Assembly: GCF_026571515.1 (NCBI RefSeq)
Contig: NW_026863863.1
Span: forward strand, 1-64,000
DNA from: Ruditapes philippinarum
Lineage: Eukaryota
Length of the DNA stretch: 64,000 nt
Reading direction: 5' to 3'
Positions 27,678 through 41,159 of this stretch are shown here, piece by piece. Position 1 is the first letter of the stretch. Every line of letters begins with the position of its first letter. Position numbers and translations under genes: made by a program. A model generated the notes under the pieces. It saw only the letters and a list, made by a program, of their open reading frames with translations. It made no database searches and had not been told where the DNA came from.

Positions 27678-27898
27678 CCTCCGTGGTCGAAGGGTTAGAG
27701 TCGATGACTTCTAATCCAGTTACTTCTCTGGCGTGGGTTCGATCCCCGGGAGATGCTTTGGTAGTTTAGCGCGGAGGAAGGGAGTCTAGTACTGATGTAA
27801 CTCTCCAGGAACGATGGTTAGGAAACTACCCGCCTATATGACTGAAATACTGTTGGGAAATGGCGTCAAATGAAACAAACAAACAAAACAAACAAACA
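27678..27898 (+). mobile_element. tRNA-derived SINE
   Basis: A-box-like gtggtcgaaggg, B-box ggttcgatccc, a body, and an (aaac)n tail. Confidence 0.8.
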
Positions 27899-28204
27899 AT
27901 GAATTAAAAACAATGTTCCAAAGCCTTCAATAGAAAAAAAAGTTACTGTCAGATAAGGCATGTTGTGATCTGGTTACTTCTCGATTTTGCGAGTATATGT
28001 TTAAATGTTTTACTGTGATCCTGTTTGCTTAAAATGTATCTCTTTCGACTTGTATTTCTTCCCGCTTCTTGTTTTTTTTCTTTTTTTAATTCATTTTTTT
28101 CCTACGAATTGTGGTAATCTCCCTCCCGTGGCATTTATGCATTTTTTTCTATGCTTAGTGTGTTAGCTAGTATGTTCGTAAATTGTTGATAAAATATGCA
28201 ACAA

Positions 28205-28340
28205 AAATATCTGACATATATTTGCGGTTTGGATCGAAATATCCGTCCCTCGGGGACCCACCCATGGGCGGTAATGAGGCTTGGCGGGTCCCCGCTGGAC
28301 GGATATTCGGAAACCGAACCGCAACATGTGACATATATTA
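28205..28340. repeat. Imperfect GC-rich fold-back, probable terminus of a non-autonomous element
   Basis: ttgcggtttggatcgaaatatccgtccctcggggaccc pairs with gggtcccgctggacggatattcggaaaccgaaccgcaa. Confidence 0.6.
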
Positions 28341-29296
28341 TTAGTAAAACATCTCTCAGAGTCCCTAGCACCGCCATATGTTGTTAAAACATTCGATCTT
28401 CTTTGTTTTGACATACCAAAATATCAAGTATTGTTCATATGTATTATATTTCACTACACTGATTAAAGCTTAAGAAAATAGCTTGTATTCAATGAAGATG
28501 TGGCTGAATATTCGTAAATGATTAAATGTATGATTTATCAAATTCATGCAGTCACCAAGAATATAAGGTTATGAACAAGCTAACATGTAAAGTAACCTGT
28601 GTTGGTCAAATACGTTTTACTTACCTGAGTGAGTCAAACACGACTAGTAAAATATGTTTTAGTAATTAGGGCAACATTTAACACTAGCTATAATTATGTT
28701 AAGTTTAAATAGACTGATATTACTATTCAATTATTAAGTTCTCATCAATAGTTAGTTCTGCCCGATAGAGTAATTGTTATATTGTTATCATAAATTACTA
28801 TGCATGCAATACACAAATAAATTAATATGATAAATTGTAAAATGTAAAAATGTAAATAAATTGGGATAATCATTTTCATTATCTATACAATGAAATAAGC
28901 TCCATTGTGACGTAATCGTACCGTTTCATATCATTTTCATTATTTTGATTTATAGTTTATTTCACAAGAGAATAGTCTAGTATGAACGTAAAACTACACA
29001 AATAAAATTGTTTCATTTCGTACATTCACATTAGTTTTTAATGAGTAAATGACACTATACACAGATTGCTGTACATATTGTGTCTTGTAAAATATCAGAT
29101 TTGTTTATGTATTCATTTATAGACAATTCAATTTATTTCAAGTAGCATTTTAACCGCTTAGCATGCACCATTTACTCATAAGGATATATATGTTCAAACA
29201 CGGGTATTTTAGGAGTATTCTCTTTCAAAACAAAATACCAAATTTTAAAGTAGATATATTATACAATTATTGACTAGTGAGCCTTTGAATATGATG

Positions 29297-29372
29297 TGAT
29301 ATACCCCGGTAAATTACATTATTGACCGAGGCGATAGCCGAAGTCAATATGACATTTTGCCGGTGAATATCA
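29297..29372. repeat. Fold-back hairpin (element terminus remnant)
   Basis: tgatataccccggtaaattacattattgac-cgaggcgatagccgaa-gtcaatatgacattttgccggtgaatatca. Confidence 0.6.
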
Positions 29373-30229
29373 TATAATGATAATTATTTAATATTTATTA
29401 AAGTTATAAAATCCAAAATGACCGGTCTGCTGAATTTTGAAATATGTACACCAAGTTTGTAGAAGTCATGGCACTGAGGTCATAATTGTCTCGCCCGGGT
29501 GACACCAGATTAATAGTGAGTAACTTTTAATATAGAAGAATCTTCCTATCAGCAACCATTAGGCTAAAGGACTTACCGGTATGACCATCCTTTTAACGGG
29601 TACTATAAGGAATTAAAAAACTGACAACATAGGTCAGATTTTTACCTTTAAAAGGGCACCTGTATGCAAAATTTAAACAAGGCAGCCTTAAGGACAGCTA
29701 AGATCCCCTTTCCGCAGTGAACATTGAATGTGTAATTCTTGACCCTCTTACCAGCCACGCACCTTGATGTTGTGTCATGGCATATTCATTAAGCACATAT
29801 TCTCTATGGTGGTGATTATTTTTGCCATGTTATTTAAAATCTTCCATAAATTGAAAAAAGGTTTTATGGAGAACAAATAACCTTGACCTTCGGGGTCAAT
29901 CTCCTACGCAGTGATCTCCCCTTATATTCCAGTACAGATATTTGCCATCACAAACTTTTAAATATATCAAATATTTTGATATTTTTATATTTTTTTTAGC
30001 TTTTTAATTTTATTTTCCATTAATTTGTATACTTTTGATATTTTTTTGAATAAAATATAGCGGACGTAGGTGCGAAAAGTTAAAAATAAAACAGAAAGAG
30101 TAAAATGACGTTTAGATTTTCTATGTAAAACGGTCGATTATTTACATTTGAATTTCGACGTTACGTCATGTGACTTTCATCATCATGTGACGTCTGTGAA
30201 GGCCAGTGATTACAATTCTACCAAGGGAG

Positions 30230-31790
30230 GATATCACTGTGAGGAGTTTGCTTCGGGGTAGCAACCTGGATGTTGAGATCTGCAGATTGTGTCATGGTGG
30301 TAGATCATTTTGTGCCAAGGTTTTTTTTTAAAAACCTTTGCCATTGTAAATATAATTATAGCGCTGCGCACGACATGAAAAAAGTTAGATGTTTTTACAT
30401 TTGGGACCTTGAGTGGTGACCCTACCTTCAGCGGGTTTGTGATTGCAATTGTTGTGCCTCTGGGCTAATTTGTTTCATAATGGTTGATTATTTCTACCCG
30501 ATTTTTCTTTAAAAAAATTTGCAGCGGTTTAAAATGTTCATGCGGGCCCCAGACACAACCCTCTGATTTTCTAACATTTGACCTTTGTAAGTGGTGACCT
30601 TTGACCTTGGGTTAGCAATTCCCAATTATTGCGTCTGCAAACATTCGTCCTCATTAATGAAATTGACACTCGTCCAAGTATTTTAAAAAAATTTCTTTTC
30701 AAGCGGTTTTAAATGTTATGGGCAGGACACAAAATTTTTATCCCTTTTTAACCTACTGTTTTGGGAACTTTAAATGTTACCTGGGCCCTTGGGATAGCAA
30801 AAAATTTTATTGCTTTTCTCAAAATTTTTTCTCAAAATTTGGTGCCAAGCTATTTAAAAAACAGAGGTTTTAAAGTTAAGGAGGGGGCATGAAATGTAGA
30901 CTTTTATACACCTGACCTTTAAGTGTGAACTTGACCTTGGGGGTGGCAACCTAATTATTGCGCTCTGCCCATGTTCTTATAGTGGTGATCAATTGTGCCA
31001 AGTTGTTTTTTTTTTAAAAACTTCAGTGGTTAAAATGCAATGGACCGGGCACGAAATGTAGACTTTTTAACATTTTTCCTTAAAGTGTGAACTTGACCTT
31101 TTGGGTAGCAAGCCAATCATTGCGCTCTGCATACCGTCTTAAAATGGTCATCAGTTAAGACAGTTTTTTTTCAAAAAGATTTCAGGGGTTAAAAAGTTAT
31201 GGAGAGGTCACGAAATGTAGACTTTAAATATGAAAAGAAGACTTTTTGACCTTTAAGTGTGACCTTGACATTGGGATTAGCAACCCAATTATTGCGCTCT
31301 GCACACCGTCTCATTATGGTGATCACTTGTAACAAGTTATTTATAAAAAATATCAGCAGTTTAAAAGTTATGGAGCTGACACGAATGTATACTTTTTATT
31401 ATGAAATTATGACATTTTAACATTTGACCTTAAAGTGTGACCTTTACCTAGCAACCAAATTTTTGCACTCTGCCTTTTGTCTCATTATGGTGAGTATTTG
31501 TGCCAAGTTATTTTAAAAAGATTTCAGCGGTTTAAAAGTAATGGAGCAGACACGAAAGTGTTACGGACGGACAGACTGACGTTCTCACAGGAGAGTAATT
31601 ATGTGGCTACTCTATTGTTCTTTTTAGCCACACAAAAGAAAATAGCCACATAAAAGCATTACGGAATGAATGACATCAAAGAGAAAGAACAGTTACCTAT
31701 TGTCCCTCTAGCCACATAATTACTCTCCTGTGAGTCGGAAGGACAGACGGAGGCCAGTCCTATAATTTCAAAGTTTCCCTTTTCCTCAAA
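30230..31790 (+). mobile_element. pearl/HINE-like element: tandem ~165-170-bp core repeats (tgacctt motifs) followed by an (acgg/acag)n microsatellite
   Basis: Repeated ttgcgctctgc...gtgccaagttattt...aaagttatggag units, then acggacggacagac at ~31563. The left boundary is approximate. Confidence 0.7.
31584..31734. mobile_element. 151-bp MITE with perfect 26-bp TIRs nested in the microsatellite of the above element
   Basis: ctcacaggagagtaattatgtggcta / tagccacataattactctcctgtgag. No clear TSD. Confidence 0.75.
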
Positions 31791-32832
31791 AGAATATTGG
31801 TTGATCTTGTCAAATATTAAATACTTTGACCGTCTTATTTTGATTTTATTGTACTTTGAAAATATCAGGTACCACATTTATTATTAGATTTATCATTATT
31901 TAAGCAATAAATACCTATATTAATTGAATAATTAAAATTAAACATTATTTTCTTCCCAAAAAGGATATGAGAGATAATAAACAAATAATGTTAAAAGAAA
32001 AATGTTGACCCTTCTTCGGTTTGAACCCACGGCCTTAAATTTCAATGTAATTAACATTACTTCTTGGCTATTTGAAAACTCTTCTAAGAAGAATTTATGC
32101 ACCTTAATATAACAGACGTAGCATAATAAAGTGGTCTTCAGTTGAACCCTTGATCAAAATTCCACATTAGAGTAAAAATGTCCCGTCCAAGAAGTCAATT
32201 TCTCGCCTATTGTATTAAAATCTTATAAAGCTTTGTGGTTAATTTGACGCTAAACTCTTTTTGTATTTTTATATCTTTTTCTTTCATTTTCGGCACCAGG
32301 TATGTTTTTTACAAAGTAAAATACCTTCTTCAATCTTGATAAAATATAACAGAGTATTGTTGACCTTGTTATGCATTGCCCTCAACTTTTCATCATGAAT
32401 AGCATTTTCTACACGAAATGATACTTGATATGACCTTGAATTTAGCCCCGTGACTTCAACTTAATCATTCACTTCAGCCGTGCATTATAGAAATAGACTT
32501 GTTTAGCAGTAGGTATGAGGTAAGTGATCTAGGGCCATCGTGACTCTCTTTTTCAAGAAATACAATAATGCTGAATCAAATAATTAATAATTGTTCATTT
32601 ATATCATTAAGATATAAAATGTCAGTCGGGAAGTAAAATATGCATGTTCTTTGAAATATATATAATACAAAAGAGAAACTTCTTTGCATGAATATTTTTG
32701 TACTATTCAGTGTAAAATAACATATGTTCGCATATATTTGTCTATAGCCATATTACATACGTAATTAGAAATCATCATTAATCAAATAGGCTTTTTTGGA
32801 ATCCATTGAAGAAATAGCTGTAGTCTCATTTC

Positions 32833-34153
32833 TTATATATTAAAGTTACATATTTCGCCATCATCAAAGTAAAATATCTTCAAATGACGCATTGTTGATT
32901 CTGCGACTAGAAGGCGACTGTTCTGTTTGTCAATGCAAATAGCTTTCGGTGCTGCAATGGCGTCATTTTTGTTTAAAAGGTCACCAATGTATTTTCCATC
33001 CTTACTTACTACCACAATGTTGTTAGAATCGCGTCCAGAAATTAGAAGATTTCCATTCGTCGTAAAACAAATTCCCCAAGGAAAAGTAAGTTTTGAGATG
33101 AGACATTTCCACTTCCACCTTCCTTCAAAATCGAGACAAACAGCACCACCGTCTTTACAATCTGTGACATAAATGGCATTAGCCTCAACTAACAAGCTTC
33201 TCGGGGCAAAAAAATGGTTGCCATCTAAATCATCCTGAAACTTGCGAAGATGAATGCCCTTTATGTTAAATATATTTACTTGTCCTTGTTCTTCTCCGTC
33301 AAATCCACCACCAGCCGTATATATTTTTTGCTCAAAAAAGGCAATTCCACGACAATGAAATTTAGCATTGAAACTACCTTTAGAAACAGGGTCTTTATTA
33401 AAGCCTACAAGTTCAATTGTCATTAAAGAAGGCATAGTAAATGCTATCGTATGTTTTTGAATTGCACAAACCCCCCAAATAAAACACCGTGTGTCATAGG
33501 TCATATTCTCAGTTAAGTCACTATCTAATAATTTGATTTTTCGTCCATGAAAATCTGCTATACAAACTTTACCACCTTCTAATACACACATATTTGGGAT
33601 ATCAAATTTGGTGTCAGTGCCACCAAAGACATTTATAGCATCGAAACTACACTGATCTGTCAGAAAGGAAGAAAGAGTTTTCACAACTTTGTCAACGTAT
33701 TTGTTATCATGTGTCATTTTGCAATCATCATTGTTGATTTGAATTTCTCTTAAAGCACGCTTGCAATGTAAGGCCTTCTTATACTCCAGCATTGCATTGT
33801 TTTCATTCATCAAGTCTTCTGAGAGCATACTGAATTTTAACAGTTCTTCTTTTGCTGCATCCATAAGTTTTTGTGTACTGCAAATATGTGGTTCGAGTGA
33901 ATTTTCTATATCCTCCTCAGCTTCAGTCACAGCAGTTTCGATCAATTCAGTTATTGATTCTTTTAACACTTTTAGTCGCCTTATGTTTGTCTTCTTTCTC
34001 ATTCTGAGCTGGGCGCCATGAATAGCATGTTTTTCATACGATAGTTTTAACGTTTTTATTTTACTTTTTAAATCTTCATCTAAAATTGCAAGTCCTCCCT
34101 CCTCTTTAAATGTACTTGCAACATCCGGTAAATAACCGATATCTTGACATGAT
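32833..34153 (-). CDS. TRIM-like B-box/CC/NHL gene, copy B2, exon 2 (join 36087..35768,34153..32833; 546 aa)
   Basis: Acceptor cttattacag|ATCATGTCAA. Frame open from 34153 (SCQDIGYLPDVAST...) into ORF 32833-34002. NHL-type repeats (CRGIA, APRSL, FPWGIC, APKAICID). Confidence 0.92.
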
Positions 34154-35767
34154 CTGTAATAAGATATATATGCTTAAGTTATTGTTAACCTTGGACATAA
34201 TGTAACGGGACAAACAACTGGAAATTAGCGCACGCTATAAATTGGCCAAATTTGACGCCTATACAGCCATTTTGTCTTTTTGGTCGTTGTAAATGGTACT
34301 ATTATGCTTCTGGTAGTGTGAGCATATAGACACCATCTTGTCCGCATAATAATATGAAAAAGGATTTTAGGAATTTGATTAAAACTATACACAGTGAAAG
34401 AGACGATCGAGATGACGTGCAATGTTTAAAAACCATAACTCTACCTTACGCTGTTTTTGAATAAGCTTCATTAAGTTTAAAATGCTTGTCCGGAGTATCA
34501 TTTCTTAATTATAAATGGTATGTTAATGAAACTAGACACACATTATAGGACAAGAACGAGAGTACGCAGTTTCATATTACCATGGCCTATAGCTTAGTTA
34601 TTGAATAATGTCCCTTTACAAATTTTAATACAGTTTACTTAATGATGATTAATCGGAGTAAAGCTTAAATGTATTGAAGGATTTTGATCAGGATTTTACA
34701 AAGTAATAGATACAAGTGAAAGGAATTGCAGTGTTAATAAACCTTCATTCTAGTTCGCTTGTTATTTTAAGTATCTCCTTTTATGATATTTACAAATGCT
34801 TGTCCGAAGAATAACTTGAAAAATAGTGAAGGAATTTGATAACAACTTCACACAGTGATAGAGATTAGTAAGAGGAATTGCATTTCACCTAACCACCTTG
34901 CTTATTTTCTTTTTGATTATTTCTTAAAAATTAATAATACTTGTCTGGAGTAAAACCTCTAATTTAATTTTATTGAAATGTCACACAGTTATAGAGACTA
35001 TGTGTTATGGAACAATAACTCTACATAACTTTGTTTTTCACTTATGTGAAAATATGAAAATTGGCCTTCTTGGGCTCTCATAGTGAAAATCAAACATGGC
35101 TGACTAAGTAGGACAAAGTCAGTTATCTCTTGACAAAAGATTAAGGTTATACATGTAATGTTATCCCCAATTTTCATATAGATCTATAGACAAAGCTCAC
35201 AATGATAAATGATAACAATTTGAAAAAAAAATAATCTAAAAGCTATGCATTTAGTACTAATATATATAATATATACCGTTAGCTATTTAAAACTAAAATT
35301 TAAATAAAAAGAATATTTATATCGAAAGTGCTAAATGTATAAAGACGGAGTACATTGTTTTGTTAGGTTTATGCACATTTCATGAATGGCAAAATCCAGT
35401 TTGAAGAATGGTGTAGTGCAAACAGACACAGACTATTTTTTTTTAATTATTTACATTAAAACTATATTGTTTTCATAAACATATGACCGATTCTCGAAAG
35501 GGTTGAAACATAGAATGTCTACGTCATTTTACACACATGAACATTGTATGTAAACATTAATATGTTCCAAAACAAAATATTACATTGCTATTTTACGTAG
35601 GATTTTATCCATTTAGCAGTGATTTCAGGTATTTGCCATTCGTTTTTTATTATATAATTTGATACCATATTCTTTTATACAAGCATTTTCAAAGTATTTT
35701 TGTTATGAAATTTAAACAATAATTTTTGCAGTAGATATAAAGTTTTATAACCTTTAAATGAACTTAC

Positions 35768-36087
35768 TTGTGATCTTTTGCTATGCAAACACGACAGCAG
35801 ACGACATTATGATCACCACATACCATATCCTCCTCCTTGTCGGTGTGAAGTTCACATTTACTTAAACATATCGGTATGTGCTCTTTTGAAACTTCCTCAC
35901 ATTTTACTAATGTATGTCCTTTAGTTAAACCAAATTTCTCATGATGGGCCAGACATGTTGAGCAAAAGTACTCGCCACATTCTAAACAAAATCTCTTGGC
36001 TTCCACAAACCTTTCCTGTTGAGAACAAGGCGTACAATTGTAATCATGAGCTTCTTCGGACGATAAAATTTGTCCACACGTCGCCAT
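35768..36087 (-). CDS. TRIM-like gene copy B2, exon 1 (B-box1 + B-box2, no RING)
   Basis: aaaATGgcg start. CxxC...CxxCxxxxCxxC..H...H and CxxH...CxxH..CCxxC..H motifs. Donor CACAA|gtaagt is phase 2 and in frame with exon 2. Confidence 0.92.
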
Positions 36088-36164
36088 TTTGTTTGCTAAC
36101 ATGTTAAGTTGTGCATAATAGTAACCGTAGATAAAAGCGGACTATTGATTTTGTAACACGCGTT

Positions 36165-36179
36165 TTATGGCACGCCACA
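36165..36179 (-). promoter_or_regulatory. Conserved upstream 15-mer shared by all three B-box first exons (also 44317-44331 and 58406-58420)
   Basis: Identical ttatggcacgccaca (+ strand) 30-83 nt upstream of each ATG. Function is inferred only. Confidence 0.4.
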
Positions 36180-37897
36180 ATTGTTTACATACAGGACACT
36201 CTAAATCTCCGTCACAAACGATTTTCATTTGATCAGTGATGTTGTGCAATCTTTTAATGACATGTTGTATCTTGAAAAAAGAAAACATTATCTTTACCAG
36301 ATAAAAGTAATAACAAAAATAAAAAAATATTGCAAGATAATTTGTCTATATCTAACTTAAATGAAAGTAGAAATGAGCATTTGTTAATAATGAACTAATT
36401 TAATTTCAAATGTCTATGTTGGATACGTAAGTTTCAAGAAAAGATTTTGAAATGAAAAGAGGACAAAATGATTTCATACAATCTACTTTTTAGTTCGATA
36501 ACCGCACGGAGAATTCCTTCCCAATCTCAGGTCGCTGATCATGTGAAGGTAATTTGCGTTTTAGTTTTGAGTTATTTTGCACTGGCCATCAAAACGATCT
36601 TATTTTGTAATGAATTAGTGTTTATATCAACATTTTTCTAAAGACACATTTTTGGTATCAAGGGTATATTTTCTTTTTGAAATCTAATAGAAGAGGCACT
36701 GGTACAAAATTAATGTCATTTGACTATGTACATTTTGAAAAACTTTGTTCAATAAAATAACATAGGGACACTTTTTAATAATACAATTATTTCATTGTTT
36801 CATATTAATTGTTTGACGGGAAGAGTGATTAAGCCCTTGTATTTTGGGGTTCGGTTTTTTATTGTTTTTTATTGAATGAAAAGTTAAATGTGCAGCTGGA
36901 AAATTTAAAAAGGGATACTTTTTTAAAACCAAAAACACAAAAATGAATAACTGATTTTGAAACTTTTTGTAAACTCGTCAAAAAAGTAACAGTTTTCCCG
37001 GACGATGCGGGTCACTTGAAAGATTATGAAATCTTTTCTTCCGTCATTTGCACTGTACCGTGTTTGGTTTTAACAAGTTTGTGCGTTCCTTGCGGAGATG
37101 GGGTTTCCTGTCCTGGAAATGTTGCCACCTGTGGGGTTCTTATGAATTTAAGTAAAGAGGATGCTTTTAACTATTTTAATTCAAAATTTTACGAAATAAT
37201 GAAATTTAAACAAAAAGGGAAACAAAAATAAAACTAAAAAATCCCCTGCAAATTTTTTTGGAATGATTTAAAAACTTTCCCCTTCCCCTTGAAAAAAGCA
37301 AAAAAACATTTTGAAAAACTTTATGCAAAAACGAAAAAATCAAAACTTGAAAATTTTTTTGAAATTTTGATATAAAATTTTTAATCTAAAGGTAGATATG
37401 CCATTGATAGAAATTGTTTATGGCTTTGAAATTATACATAATATATAAAAAGAGAGCTAGATATATTTATTATAAATCGATCAATTATTGAATTGAAATT
37501 ATAAATACATTTATTTGTAAACTGCATTCATAGAATTTGATTGTGCCATATAGGCACATGTAGCCGAATGTTTTTGTACCAGTCTAGACATTTTTGTAAA
37601 TGTTGTTACAGTTTATACGATACGAACTTTTAATCACATTGCTGTATTAACTATTGATACAAGCATATTTAGTAATACATATACATGTACATAGTAGTTG
37701 CATGATAATTGATTTGTAACGTGATAACATCTTTGTACTCTTTTTGCTGCCTTATTAAATACACACGTATATTAGAGAATGAACAAGAACATTGTATTCT
37801 AACAAATATACATTTTCACTCGAAAGAAGAAAAAGAAAAAATATACATCAATACAATTTTTACTGGGTACACAAAGGGACATCTTAAACTGTCTCGG

Positions 37898-38090
37898 AGT
37901 GGCGGCGTGGTCGAGTTGTTAATGCAGTAATCTAAGGACAGTTGGCCTCGTGAGTAAAAACCCCACCAAGGGCAACACACTGTTTCCGTGAGCAAGAAAC
38001 TTTACACTCATTGCTGGTTGTGATCCAGGAACGGATTCGAGAGTGTTGTAACAACATTATACCGGTAGCTTCCAAATCAATCGAACTAAA
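37898..38090 (+). mobile_element. Degenerate tRNA-derived SINE with CORE-like central domain
   Basis: A-box-like gtggtcgagttgt, decayed B-box, and tgtttccgtgagcaagaaactttacactcattgct resembling a CORE domain. Confidence 0.6.
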
Positions 38091-38859
38091 GCTATGAAAT
38101 ACCCTGTTATTTATATGAATGTGGTTTTGTTATATTAAACTATGCGATTTAATCTTGTATATCAGGGTTCCTTTAGGGTAAGAACTTGTTGATATCTAAA
38201 ATTTAAGTAACTGCAGCCCTCAAACCAAGATTAAACAATTAAACATTTACAACATTTTTCTTTCTTTATTACATGTACTACATATATGCATATGAATTAT
38301 AGAAAAGATACATGGTTTTCTTCATATCTAGTATAATAATAGCATTCAATGATTAAACTCCTGTCCCTCATCAATCTACAATCTCCTAGAAAAATTAAAA
38401 GTGGATCCTATATACAAAGGTTACCAAGGCATAAAAACGTTGGAAAATAGCAATTATTTACAGAAATACTTTGAAAATTAGGGATAAAATAGAATCACTA
38501 ACCTTTAAGAATACCTATTAAGTGTTTTTCTGGCTCGGAGGTGGTTATAGAATATTTAAAGATTTGGTAATCAGAGAGCAATTCCAGTATATATGTGTAC
38601 ATAAATAAATTCTTACTTCTTCGTTTCGTAAATATTTAGAATACTATTTACATTTCCTGCGATTGGAGTACAATAGTAAATAAAACCATCTTAATATCAC
38701 CCCAACGCGTCAATATCTGCAGCTACATCATACTTAAAAGCCGTTTATATGTCCTGCCCTCTCAAAATAGCTTTGTTGACATAAATCAACTTGTCAAATT
38801 ATTAACCCGCACACTTTCTAATCATAGGTTACCTTTTAATGGTATTTACTGGTTTAACA

Positions 38860-40177
38860 TCATATATCACATTCACCAATGTAAAATATCTTCAGTTGTG
38901 GTTTCTTATATTCCGAGACTATAATGCAGTTGTTCCGTTTATCAAAGCAGATAGCCTTTGGGGCTGAAAGACCGTCATGTTCGTTTAACAGTTCACCTAA
39001 AAATTCACCATCTTTACTAACAATCACAATATTGTTTGAATCACGTCCACAAACAAAAAGATTCCCATTTGGCGTGAAGCAAATTCCCCAAGGAAATTTG
39101 CATAACGTGTTGTTACACACCCACTTCCTCTGTGCTTCCAAATCTAAACAAATGACGCCGTTTTGTTCGTCTGTGATGAATATTCCTTCGGTATTTACTA
39201 CAACGCTTCGTGGAATGCTGAAAAAGATTCCCTGAAAATCTTGACAAATGCAGAGTAACTGCCCTTCCAAATCAAACACATTTAATTGCCCTTTATCTTC
39301 TCCTTTCATCCCACCACCAGTCACGTAAATCTTTTCATTAAAACATGCAATACCACGACAATGTAAATTTGCTATGAAGCTTCTTTTTAAAACTGGACCC
39401 TTATCAGTTGATATCAATTGAACTTTCTTCAAGCCAGACAAAGTAAATGCAATTTCGTGTTTGTTTATCTCACAAATCCCCCAGATGTTTCCTTCTACAT
39501 TAAAACTTTCAGTTTCTTTTAAATCACTGTCAATACATCTGATTTTGTGGTTGCTATAGTCAGCTAAGAAAACAAAAGAAGAACTTTCACATTCTTTAAC
39601 ACATAAACTTGGGGGACCAAAACTGTTTCCAGGACCACCAATCGATATAGTTCCAAACAATAACCCATTTCCTAAACAGCTTACAACTGACTGTATAATT
39701 TCATTTTGAAACTTGTTGTCAATTATTAAGCAGTCATTGACAACGGACGCACAAGATTCAACTTCAATTTTCTTAAGTGCCCGTTTACATTCTAATATCT
39801 TTTTAAATTCCAGAATATCATCATTTTCCTCTAATAACTCCTCTGACAGACCGCTGAGTTTTGAAAGCATATTGTTATAGTTCTGGGTGTGTTCTTGCAA
39901 GTCGCAAATTTCAGGTTCAAATCGGCTTTCGACATTTTTCTCAGTCTCGGTGATAGCATTTTTAACACACTCGTCAATAGATTGACCTAGCATTTCTAAA
40001 CGTTTCAAATACGTTATTTTTCTTGTTTTTAGCTTTAAGACTCTAGCAGAGTATTCTTTGTGTGCTGTTCTCAATTCCTCGATTTTATCTTTCATTTCCT
40101 TCTCTACCACTACGCACTTTTCGTCTTCCTTATACTTCTTCATCAAATGCGGCAGATAATCAATGTTTTGACATGAC
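38860..40177 (-). CDS. TRIM-like B-box/CC/NHL gene, copy A3, exon 2 (join 44287..43968,40177..38860; 545 aa)
   Basis: Acceptor ttttgatttaag|GTCATGTCAA, in frame (SCQNIDYLPHLMKKYKED). Clear paralog of A1, including a similar 3' flank. Confidence 0.9.
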
Positions 40178-41159
40178 CTTAAATCAAAATAAATTTATTT
40201 AAGTTTATTGCATTTTGAACAGTTTCATCGTCAAGGGGTGATATTTTCAACACTGAAACCGTCAAAGAGTTTTAAAGGGACTCCGCTGAAGTTTTTGACA
40301 TTACGGGAAAACAAACATGTTTTCAGGAGTTTTATACCATTTTATATAGGTATTTACTAGTAACTTGTGTGCAAAATTAACTTTCTCCCACGCCGTTGTT
40401 CCATCATTGTAAGAAAAATAAACAAACTACAAATTAACAAGTTCGTAATTTTTTAATTGCATATAATACATGAGAAAGTTTGCACAATTATATATATATA
40501 TATCTATCTATCTGTATCTGTATCTGAGACGAGACAAATGTACAGGTATATACAAATGAAATGTTCACCTCAAATACAGAAAATAGAGTTTAAGAAAACG
40601 TGTTTCCAGTTGCAGAACTACAATAATTTGTTAACACTGTAAAATGTTTAATAAGACAAAAGTAGATTCACAAAGTTAAACAATTTCAAGTCATGCATGA
40701 CGCGCAGCCCCTACATGACTGAGTATTAACAGAAATGTAACCATTTGATCATAGTCAGATCATTCTAGCGGGTCTAAAACGTCCGAAAGAAATAAAGCGC
40801 CGGGAAGCGTTCTGAAGCAATTTAAAATTTAATTTAAACAATCAAAATGGTTATATTTATTGTATATATAATTGTGTATTAAGGTATTTATGGTAGAAAT
40901 AAAGTATTTTTATAAATCATTTTTTTCTTTTTATCCTACGTCCGAATGTAGTTCACTAGCTCAAAAACCTTCCTATACAGACGATGCGTACGGAAGGTTT
41001 GATCGATTAAAACATTTTTGTAAAATAAATCGTAATTTAAGTTTCATAATTGTTTTTGTAAGTAACATAAACAGGAAAAAAGTGTTTCATCTATAGCATT
41101 TTTAATTTCAAGCCAAAAAGATGGCGTCTATCCAAGCGTATTCGAAGTCGCTATGTGTA

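Noticed and set aside
27678-27755. Functional tRNA gene
   Set aside because: A and B boxes are present but there is no convincing cloverleaf, and it continues into a SINE body with an (aaac)n tail.
36360-36520. NF-kB/IRF-like sites upstream of B2
   Set aside because: Weak matches expected by chance and not clearly conserved in the paralogs.
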